DNA of 64,000 nt from Oikopleura dioica (lineage: Eukaryota; Animalia; Chordata). Under the pieces are notes generated by a model, which was not told the origin of the DNA, did not search any database, and saw nothing but the letters and a program-made list of their open reading frames with translations. The position numbers were made by a program, and so were the translations under genes. The stretch spans positions 1 to 64,000 of the forward strand of contig CAJRAX010000007.1 in the NCBI GenBank assembly GCA_907165135.1. Reading direction: 5' to 3'. Positions 49,281-60,900 of this stretch are shown here, piece after piece (the first letter of the stretch is position 1; each line of letters starts with the position of its first letter).

Positions 49281-52200
49281 AGGACTTGTTCAATTTTTCG
49301 CATTGGATTACAATATTTTGTAGAAATGACAGTTTTTTCAAAAAAAATAAAAATGCTCGTCGATTCTAGCTCCCAACTTAACCTTTTGCCCAAATCATTT
49401 ATTCCCGATAATGTTAAAATTCAAGCCCCTGATATTTTTGCTAAAAATTACGGTGGAGGAAGTATTGAAATTCTTGGTTTTGTCGAATGTGATTTTCATG
49501 TTAAAACGGAAAAATGGGGTAAATCGCGATTTTATATTGTAAATGACAATTGTCAGGCAATTCTCGGTTCGGAAGCACTTAAATCTAATGAAATTATGAT
49601 CAATCTTCATCGAAATCGTCTAGTTAAATCTGGTCCTATAGAGCGAATGGCGAATTTATGTAATAATGCATCAAAAAGCCCAACAGTTAATAACATTGAG
49701 CAAGACAGTTTTTATGCCGTTTCTGAGCAAACTTACACATTTCGAGGCAAAAGTGAGCAAATTATCGATTTAAAAATTCCTCATTTGAACAGATCAATGA
49801 ATCTTTTTTTAGAAGAAAGCCAGCTTAAAAATTCGAAGCTAGAGTTAATAGAATCATTCCAGAGAGTTGATCCCGAGAATCCATTCTTTCGTATTCTTGT
49901 TATAAATCCCCTGAATTCTACAGTTAAAATTCCTGCTGGCACGGCCTTTGCAAAACTAGCGGAAATAGCTGAGATCGCCCAAATCAAGCCCTCAAAAAAA
50001 GATCTTAATTTTCTTCTTTCGCGGTTAAAAATAGGCAATATATCGAAAAAGAATAAGCCGGTACTTTTTGGTCTTCTTGCTATATACACCCATTTATTTC
50101 AAGACGAGGACGACAATTTGCCTGTTTCGAACCTTGAAAAATTTTCGATTGAACTAGAGACTGATCGCCCGATTTGTAGCAATATGTACAGAACGCCATA
50201 TGCCTTGCGGGGAATAATGACCGGTACTACTACCTCCTACCTTGGGCAAGACATGATAATGCGAATTAATTCACCCTATAATAGCCCCGCGTTACTCGTA
50301 AGGAAAAAGAATGGTACATTCAGATTATGTATTGATTACAGGAAATTAAATTCGTTTACGCTCCAGCAGCATCATCCGTTGCAACAAATTGAAGACGTTT
50401 TAGGGTATTTAGAAAATAGCATTATTTTTCTTGTGTTGATTTGCGAAAAGGATTTCATCAGTGCCTCGTAGATGAGAAATCGCGAGAAAAACTAGCTTTT
50501 TCGACTGAAGACGGACAATTTACTTGGAAAAGGCTTCCAATGGGTCTCAAAAATGCCCCTATTCATTTCGCAAAATGCATGGATGTTATTTTACGAGACA
50601 CGCCGAAAACTCAAATTTGCGCTTATCTTGACGATTTAGTGGTCCATTCAAGAACGGAAGAAGAACATTTAGCCAATTTACGTAAATTATTTCAAATTTT
50701 AGACCAAAATAATTTACGGATTAACATCGACAAAGCGAGTTTTTTTGAGCGAAAAGCATGCATTTTGGGTTTTGAAATTTTTGAAGGGAGAATACGGCCA
50801 TCACAGGACAAGATCGAAGCGGTTAAAAATCTGTCTATTCCGAGAAACCGTGAGGAGGCACAATCACTTTTCGGACTTCTTTCGCAGCACAGAAAATTTA
50901 TTAAAAATTTTGCACCCCTGGGAGTAGAAATTTCAAAAACGTACAGAGGGTCATTTTGTTGGACAAAAGAGGCGACGATTTCACTCGAAAAGCTCAAAAG
51001 TATCATCTGCCATAACGCTCTTGAGCTCAAAATCCCCCCACTAAATGACGGTGTTTTCGTACTCGAGACAGACGCATCTAATCATAGTTTTGGTGGAGTT
51101 CTTTATCTTTGCGCGGAGCGAAATAAAAATCACCATCATTCTCATAATTGCCTACAACCGATAGCTTACCACTCGCTTAATTTTACGCCGGCACAACAGA
51201 AATACGGGACATTGGAAAAAGAACTTTATAGTGGGAAGACATGTATGGAACGATGGAGGGCTTATCTTGCTTATGTCGATTTTCTTTGGATTACTGATAA
51301 CTCTTGTGTTAAATACGCTCAATCCTTCAAGACAAATAATTTAAAAATTCAAAGATGGTTTACGGAGCTTCAGGGCTTTTCATTTCGAATTGAACAGAGG
51401 AAAACTCATCAAATGAAAATAAGTGATTGCCTTAGTCGTAATACATTAAATTGTTCGATCAATCAAATAAAATTTACCCCTGAATCATTCGTAGAGTTTC
51501 AAAAATCTGACCCAGTATTATCACAAGTTAGACGTTTCGTTAGTATTGATAGATGGCCAAATAACCCACCAAGCGAGCTTTACCCATTCTTTTTACGTAG
51601 ACCTGACCTTGAAATCCTTGGGTCTGGTGAGCTAGCTATAAATTCTCCAGCCTATCAAAAAAGATTTTGCGTCCCCGAGGCATTGACAGAGACAATTTGC
51701 AGCGAATATCATGATCACTCTCATTTCGGAGTCGATATTACAACCGAAAAAATTTCTAGAAAGTATTTTTGGCCGGGATTAAAAAATACAGTCGCGAGCT
51801 TTATAAAATCATGTCACAAATGTCAAATTTCAAAACCAAATCTACAGCCTAACAAACCTCCTTTAGGCAAATCTGAAACACCAAGCGGCCCTTTTGAAAT
51901 TTTGTACTTTGATTTAATTGGCCCACTTCAAGAAACTGATTTTGGTCATAAATATATAATGGTGGTTATTGACGGTTTTAGCAAAAAAGTTTACGCGGAG
52001 CCCCTATCGTGCAAAAAATCGGATTATTTACTGCAAAAATTCCGGAGCGTATTATTTAGAAATCCAAAATTTCCAAAATATATGGTTTTAGATAACGCGA
52101 AGGAACACGTTCTGATTGAAAAATTTTTGAAAGAAAATAAAATTGGTGTACATTATATTCCCCCGCGTCATCCCCAATCTAACGGGCAAGTTGAAAACGT

Positions 52201-53693
52201 CAATAGAACCATAAAAGCCAGGCTCAGGGCTCGTTCAAATTGGGTGAATTGGGATATTTTTCTGTTTGAAATTGTTCACGAAATAAACAGTAGTTTACAC
52301 ACAGTACTCGGAACAACCCCATTTTGTGTAGAAACTGGTATAAAAAGCAGTCATCATTTTCAAGACCCTTATTGGCGAACATACGGAGATAAAATCGACG
52401 TAGACTTTGAGAAAATTCGTGCGAAAATTGAACAAGAAAAGCAAAAAAGAATGACCAAATTTGAAAATCCCCGTTTCAAAGAATACAATTTAGGCGATAA
52501 AGTTCTTATTAAAAATTTCCGCGAAAAATTTCCTCCGTTTTTAGGTCCTTATGAAGTGACGTTTAAATCCCCGAGTGGTCTGTGGTACGCTGTTAAAAAT
52601 GATAAGGACGAATTTAGGCGACATGCGGAACATATGAAAAGTTATTCTCAGCGAAATTCAATTTTAGAGACGAATAATGATGTTGAAAAATACTCCAAGA
52701 TTGTGACAAAGCCACAAGAGAACGATCTCGAGTTTTTTGAATTTTTTTCCGAAAACTGTCTTTTTTCGAAGGATTCCCTCGGCCGGTTTGCTGAAAATTC
52801 CCCCACAGAAAAAGAATCGGAAAAAGCGCATGAACCTTTCTCCTCCGAAAGGTCAGATCAGTCTTTACAATCGGAACCTTATCGGGAGCGGTCTAGTTCT
52901 TCTTCAGAACCAGAAAATTTTTCATCCTCATCGACTCTTTTGATAGAAATGCCAGTACCGAATATAAATGGTAATCAAGAACGTGATTTGAATCAAGTAG
53001 GAAATGGATCAGACATTGTGCTTGATTCCGAGAAATCAAGTTCTGATTCTGAGCTCTCTGTTAATTTGACATCGTACGATAAATTGCCCGAAATTGATCC
53101 GCTAGTTGCTTTAAAACGTAGAAGGGAAAGATCTGATGATTCCGTTGTCGAGCGTAAAATTGCTAAATTTACAGTTGAAAATAATTTGGAAAACATGTCA
53201 ATTTTAATTAAAATGGAAAATCATGATCTTGACTTTTTCGAACATCTTAATGATAAATGGAAAAATACAGACGACATAGAGGAGACCTATGTTGAAAATG
53301 GTATATTTATCAAACTGAACGAATTAACAAGAGACTCTCTTTTATTCATTCTTTTAAAATGAATCAGGAATTTGATCTTGAGGAATCAAGGGCAAAACTT
53401 CAGATAAAAGTGAAGGAAACTATTCGTAGAGAATATCCGAATTGGCGTAAATCGAGAAACGGACAACTCCTTTTTTGCGGTCTTTAGAGTGCAAAAGAGC
53501 GAACGTTGTACGAACTAACTGTCCCCGAGCTAAAAACTGTATGCGCATTTTATGATTTACCCTGTAAATTTCGAAACTGCTCAAAAACAATTTTACAGGC
53601 ATCTATCGAAACAGAACTGCTTAAAAATTTCCAAATCATCCAATGCGTAAAAATGTTCTTGTTTTTCTTCCGGACTTTGAAACTGAAATATAA
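49240..53693 (+). CDS. pol: E2 Pol: protease, RT, RNase H, integrase, Ser/Glu linker and tandem HeH-like module; several homopolymer frameshifts
   Basis: LVDSSS protease site; YNSP...CIDYRKLN and YLDD; ETDAS; HDHSH...CHKC, FDLIG/LDNA/QVEN and FLGPY. Breaks near 50430, 53355, 53480-53495 and 53628 are each repaired by adding bases to T/A runs. Confidence 0.92.
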
Positions 53694-53721
53694 AAAGATG
53701 GGCGATAAAGATGCTCGTTTG

Positions 53722-53741
53722 GGACCCATGGAAGGTCACAG
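53722..53741 (+). other. Conserved pre-LTR motif at the position of the polypurine tract
   Basis: GGACCCATGGAAGGTCACAG; 16 of 20 nt are shared with E0 661-680 (minus strand). Confidence 0.65.
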
Positions 53742-54945
53742 TGATATCCTTAGGGAACAACGCCTCAAGCCAAATAAAAATTTTTATTTCACGGCCAAAT
53801 ATTTACGCCAATTCGGTTCTACGTTAGTTTAAATTTGTCTTGTCAGCTTGGTATCACCAAATTGATCAGACATATTTGCAAAAATCATTTCACGATATTC
53901 TACTTAAAATGAAAAGATGGTCAGTTTTAACGAGCCAGATTGACCCAAAATTGTCTTATCATCATGTCATCTCCTTACGATCTATACGTTCTATCATTGG
54001 AATGCTCATATGCTCTCATCATAATACTTTTCTAGTGCAATCTGATGTCAATTCATCCAAAAATATGCTATTTGCAAAACTGCATGTTTAATCTATTTAT
54101 CGATATTTCTTATCATTGCTTTGCGATTTTAAAGTTCGATTATTGACAGTGCATACGATTCAACTTCTACAACAAGAAAGTCGTCAACATCTTCTTCAAC
54201 AACAACTACTCCAACGAGCCGATAAACCGTCGTATCATCTCGGTGCCGTGGGGTCGGACAAACTCTATGTCAGGGCGTCCGCTTGTCGCAAATTAGCTCA
54301 TCCGTAAGAGAAGATACGGTGCGAACCGCGACAGTAACTTCCCCCGGGTATGTTCCTTGGAATTTGCTTCTTCTGTGATTTCAATTTTGATAAATTCATT
54401 TTATAAAATCCTGACCAAATTTTATTCAATTTATTTGTTAAAATTTTGTATATATTCTTTTTACTTTTCTCATCCTTTTTTTATTTCAACCATAATTAAC
54501 AGTCACTTCTACGGTCACATAGTGAGAAGTTTAAGTGGCTGTTATTATTTTCTGCTTTTATTTTGAAAAAATTAATTTGCGTTTTATCTCGTCACGCGCG
54601 GCGCCGGCTCCCGAAACCTTTGAAAATAACTTGCTTGGCAAGTTCGATCAGCTCGTCTTCCGAAAAGAAATCGATCCGAAAGGATTTCCCGCAAGAAAAA
54701 CCGCTAAAGAAAGCCACGGGCTCTCTTCCTTGTTTTCAAAAGAAAAATTGTTTTTCAAAAACAACCGCTTGTTCAAAAACACTGATCAAATCTCGCTGCT
54801 ATTTAACCCCGCGTCGCGCCTTTTTCAGTCATTCAAATCACAAATAAAACCACGCAAATTTAAAATTTGATTCTCGTTATTTTGGCTTGGCATTCTAGAG
54901 TTAGAGATCGAGCAAAATTCTTGCAGGACAGCCGCTTCCGTATCA
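53742..54945 (+). repeat. E2 3' LTR (1204 bp)
   Basis: Direct repeat of 46934-48136; the small ORFs in the two copies translate identically. Confidence 0.95.
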
Positions 54946-57900
54946 CTGTAAATCATCTGAAAACGCCAAAAAACGCATCAGAATTTTTTTTAATTTTTTT
55001 TTTTATTTTTATGAACTGTAAATTATCTGAAAACGCCAAAAAACGTATCAGAATTTTTTTTAATTTTTTTTTAAATTTTTATGAACTGTTAATCATCTTA
55101 AAACGCCAAAAAACGCATCAGAATTTTTTAATTTTTTTTTTATGAACTGTAAATTATCTAAAAACGCCAAAAAACGCATCAGAATTTTTTAATTTTTTGT
55201 TTTTATGAACTGTAAATCATCTGAAAACGCCAAAAACGCATTAGAATTTTTCTTAATTTTTTTATTTTTTTGAACTGTAAATCATCTGAAAATGCCAAAA
55301 ACGCATCAGAATTTTTCTTAATTTTTTCGATTTTTTGAACTGTAAATCATCTGAGAACGCCAAAAAACGCATCAGAATTTTTTTTAATTTTTTTTTTATT
55401 TTTATGAACTGTAAATCATCTGAAAACGCCAAAAAACGCATCAGAATTTTTTTTTATTTTTTTATTTTTATGAACTGTAAATCATCTGAAAACGCCAAAA
55501 ACGCATCAGAATTTTTTTAATTTTTTATTTTTATGAACTGTAAATTATCTGAAAACGCCAAAAACGCATCAGAATTTTTTTTTTTTTTTCATTTTTATGA
55601 ACTGTAAATCATCTAAAAACGCCAAAAAACGCATCAGAATTTTTCTTAATTTTTTTCGATTTTTTTAAACTGTCAATTATCTGAAAACGCCAAAAAATGC
55701 ATCAGAATTTTTATTAATTTTTTTTTTATTTTTATGAATTGTAAATCATCTAATACGGCAAAAAACGCATCAGAATTTTTCTCCATTTTTTTTGTTATTT
55801 TTATGAACTGTAAATCATCTGAAAACGCAAAACAACGCATCAGAATTTTGATTAATTTTTTTTTTATTTTTATGAACTGTAAATCATCTGAAAACGCCAA
55901 AAAACGCATCAGAATTTTTTTTATTTTTTATTTTTATGAACTGTAAATCATCTGAAAACGCCAAAAAACGCATCAGAATTTTTCTTAATTTTTTTTATTT
56001 TTTTGAACTGTAAATCATCTGAAAATGCCAAAAAACGCATCAGAATTTTTCTTAATTTTTTTCGATTTTTTGAACTGTAAATCATCTGAAAACGCCAAAA
56101 AACGCATCAGAATTTTTCTTAATTTTTTTTTATTTTTTTGAACTGTAAATCATCTGAAAATGCCAAAAAACGCATCAGAAATTTTCTTAATTTTTTTCGA
56201 TTTTTTTGAACTGTAAATTATCTGAAAACGCCAAGAAACGCATAAGAATTTTTTTTAATTTTTTTTTTTTATTTTTATGAACTGTAAATCATCTGAAAAC
56301 GCCAAAAAACGCATCAGAATTTTTTTTAATTTTTTTTTTTATTTTTATGAACTGTAAATCATCTGAAAACGCCAAAAAACGCATCAGAATTTTTCTTAAT
56401 TTTTTTTTATTTTTTTGAACTGTAAATCATCTGAAAATGCCAAAAAACGCATCAGAAATTTTCTTAATTTTTTTCGATTTTTTTGAACTGTAAATTATCT
56501 GAAAACGCCAAGAAACGCATAAGAATTTTTTTTTATTTTTTTTTTTTATTTTTATGAACTGAAAATCATCTGAAAACGCCAAAAAATGCATCAGAATTTT
56601 TCTTTATTTTTTTTGATTTTTGAACTGTTAATTATCATAGAACGCCAAAAAACGCATCAGAATTTTTTTAATTTTTTTTTTTATTTTTTGAATTGTAAAT
56701 CATCTGAAAACGCCGAAAAACGCATCAGAATTTTTCTTAATTTTTTCGATTTTTGAGCTGTAAATTATCTGAAAACGCCAAAAAACGCATCAGAATTTTT
56801 TTTAATTTTTTTTATATTTTTATGAACTGTAAATCATCTAAAAACGCCAAAAAAGCATCAGAATTTTTATTGTTTTTTTATTTTTATGAACTGTTAATCA
56901 TCTGAAAACGCCAAAAAACGCATCAGAATTTTTTTATTTTTTTTTATTTTTATGAACTGTAAATCATCTTAAAACGCCAAAAAACGCATCAGAATTTTTT
57001 TTTTTTTTTCTATTTTTATGAACTGTAAATCATCTGTAAACGCCAAAAATGCATCAGAATTTTTCTTAATTTTTTCGATTTTTTTGAACTGGAAATTATC
57101 TGAAAACGCCAAAAAACGCATCAGAATTTTTATTAATTTTTTTTTTTATTTTTATGAACTGTAAATTATCTGAAAACGCCAAAAAACGCATCAGAATTTT
57201 TTTTAATTTTTTTTTATTTTTATGAACTGTAAATCATCTAAAAACGCCAAAAAACGCATCAGAATTTTTCTTAATTTTTTTCGATTTTTTTAAACTGTCA
57301 ATTATCTGAAAACGCCAAAAAATGCATCAGAATTTTTATTATTTTTTTTTTTATTTTTATGAATTGTAAATCATCTAATACGGCAAAAAACGCATCAGAA
57401 TTTTTCTCAATTTTTTTGTTTATTTCTATGAACTGTTAATCATCTGAAAACGCCAAAAACGCATCAGAATTTTTAATTTTTTGTATTTTTATGAACTGTT
57501 AATCATCTAAAAACGCCAAAAAACGCATCAGAATTTTTCTTAAATTTTTTCGATTTTTTTTACTGTCAATTATCTGAAAACGCCAAAAAATGCATCAGAA
57601 TTTCTATTTATTTTCTTTTTATTTTTATGAATTGTAAATCATCTAATACGGCAAAAAACGCATCAGAATTTTTCACAATTTTTTTGTTTATTTCTATGAA
57701 CTGTAAATCATCTGAAAACGCTCAAAATGGCATCAGAATTTTTCTTTATTTTTTTATTATTTTTATGAACTGTAAATCATCTGAAAACGCAAAACAACGC
57801 ATCAGAATTTTTCTTTATTTTTTTTATTATTTTTATGAACTGTAAATCATCTGTAAACGCAAAAAAACGCATCAGAATTTTTATTTATTTATTTTTATTT

Positions 57901-60900
57901 TAATGAGCTGTAAATCATCTGAAAACGCCAAAAAACGCATCAGAATTTTTCTTAATTTTTTTCGATTTTTTTGAACTGTAAATTATCTGAAAACGCCAAA
58001 AAACGCATCAGAATTTTTTTTAATTTTTTTTTGTATTTTTATGAACTGTTAATCATCTAAAAACGCCAAAAAACGCATCAGAATTTTTCTTAATTTTTTT
58101 CGATTTTTTTAAACTGTCAATTATCTGAAAACGCCGAAAATGCATCAGAATTTATATTAATTTTTTTTTTATTTTTATGAATTGTAAATCATCTAATACG
58201 GCAAAAAACGCATCAGAATTTTTCTCAATTTTTTTGTTTATTTCTATGAACTGTTAATCATCTGAAAACGCCAAAAAACGCATCAGAATTTTTTTTAATT
58301 TTTTTTTGTATTTTTATGAACTGTTAATCATCTAAAAACGCCAAAAAACGCATCAGAATTTTTCTTAATTTTTTTCGATTTTTTTGAACTGTAAATCATC
58401 TGAGAACGCCAAAAAACGCATCAGAATTTTTTTTCAATTTTTTTTTTATTTTTATGAACTGTAAATCATCTGAAAACGCCAAAAAACGCATCAGAATTTT
58501 TTTATTTTTTTTTATTTTTATGAACTGTAAATCATCTGAAAACGCCAAAAAACGCATCAGAATTTTTTTAATTTTTTTTTTTTTTATGAACTGTAAATTA
58601 TCTAAAAACGCCAAAAACGCATCAGAATTTTTTTATTTTTTTCATTTTTATGAACTGTAAATCATCTAAAAACGCCAAAAACGCATCAGAATTTTTCTTA
58701 ATTTTTTCGATTTTTTAAACTGTCAATTATCTGAAAACGCCAAAAATGCATCAGAATTTTTATTAATTTTTTTATTTTTATGAATTGTAAATCATCTAAT
58801 ACGGCAAAAACGCATCAGAATTTTTCTCCATTTTTTTTGTTATTTTTATGAACTGTAAATCATCTGAAAACGCAAAACAACGCATCAGAATTTTGATTAA
58901 TTTTTTTTTTATTTTTATGAACTGTAAATCATCTGAAAACGCCAAAAAACGCATCAGAATTTTTTTTAATTTTTTTTTTTATTTTTATGAACTGTAAATC
59001 ATCTTAAAACGCCAAAAAACGCATCAGAATTTTTCTTAATTTTTTTTTATTTTTTTGAACTGTAAATCATCTGAAAATGCCAAAAAACGCATCAGAATTT
59101 TTCTTAATTTTTTCGATTTTTTGAACTGTAAATCATCTGAAAACGCCAAAAACGCATCAGAATTTTTCTTAATTTTTTTTTAATTTTTTGAACTGTAAAT
59201 CATCTGAAAATGCCAAAAAACGCATCAGAAATTTTCTTAATTTTTTTCGATTTTTTTGAACTGTAAATTATCTGAAAACGCCAAGAAACGCATAAGAATT
59301 TTTTTTAATTTTTTTTTATTTTTATGAACTGTTAATCATCTGAAAACGCCAAAAAACGCATCAGAATTTTTTTAATTTTTTATTTTTATGAACTGTAAAT
59401 CATCTGAAAACGCCAAAAAACGCATCAGAATTTTTCTTAATTTTTTTTTTTTTTTGAACTGTAAATCATCTGAAAATGCCAAAAACGCATCAGAAATTTT
59501 CTTAATTTTTTCGATTTTTTGAACTGTAAATTATCTGAAAACGCCAAGAAACGCATAAGAATTTTTTTATTTTTTTATTTTTATGAACTGAAAATCATCT
59601 GAAAACGCCAAAAAATGCATCAGAATTTTTCTTTATTTTTTTTGATTTTTGAACTGTTAATTATCATAGAACGCCAAAAAACGCATCAGAATTTTTTTTT
59701 AATTTTTGTTTTTATTTTTTTGAACTGTAAATCATCTGAAAACGCCGAAAAACGCATCAGAATTTTTCTTAATTTTTTTCGATTTTTTTGAGCTGTAAAT
59801 TATCTGAAAACGCCAAAAAACGCATCAGAATTTTTTTTAATTTTTTTTATTTTTATGAACTGTAAATCATCTAAAAACGCCAAAAACGCATCAGAATTTT
59901 TATTAATTTTTTATTTTTATGAACTGTAAATCATCTTAAAACGCCAAAAACGCATCAGAATTTTTTTATTTTTTTCTATTTTTATGAACTGTAAATCATC
60001 TGTAAACGCCAAAAAATGCATCAGAATTTTTCTTAATTTTTTCGATTTTTTGAACTGGAAATTATCTGAAAACGCCAAAAACGCATCAGAATTTTTATTA
60101 ATTTTTTATTTTTATGAACTGTAAATTATCTGAAAACGCCAAAAACGCATCAGAATTTTTTTAATTTTTTTATTTTTATGAACTGTAAATCATCTAAAAA
60201 CGCCAAAAAACGCATCAGAATTTTTCTTAATTTTTTTCGATTTTTTTAAACTGTCAATTATCTGAAAACGCCAAAAAATGCATCAGAATTTTTATTATTT
60301 TTTTTTTTATTTTTATGAATTGTAAATCATCTAATACGGCAAAAAACGCATCAGAATTTTTCTCAATTTTTTTGTTTATTTCTATGAACTGTTAATCATC
60401 TGAAAACGCCAAAAAACGCATCAGAATTTTTTTTAATTTTTTTTTGTATTTTTATGAACTGTTAATCATCTAAAAACGCCAAAACGCATCAGAATTTTTC
60501 TTAAATTTTTTCGATTTTTTTTACTGTCAATTATCTGAAAACGCCAAAAAATGCATCAGAATTTCTATTTATTTTCTTTTTATTTTTATGAATTGTAAAT
60601 CATCTAATACGGCAAAAAACGCATCAGAATTTTTCACAATTTTTTTGTTTATTTCTATGAACTGTAAATCATCTGAAAACGCTCAAAATGGCATCAGAAT
60701 TTTTCTTTATTTTTTTATTATTTTTATGAACTGTAAATCATCTGAAAACGCAAAACAACGCATCAGAATTTTGATTAATTTTTTTTTTATTTTTATGAAC
60801 TGTAAATCATCTGAAAACGCAAAAAAACGCATCAGAATTTTTCTTTATTTTTTTTATTATTTTTATGAACTGTAAATCATCTGTAAACGCAAAAAAACGC

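Larger units (their letters stand above)
46934..54945 (+). mobile_element. E2: full-length Ty3/gypsy LTR retrotransposon without env, recent insertion, 5-bp TSD CTGTA
   Basis: gaaCTGTA|TGATATCC ... CCGTATCA|CTGTAaatc. The LTRs differ only in homopolymer lengths as far as visible. Confidence 0.97.
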
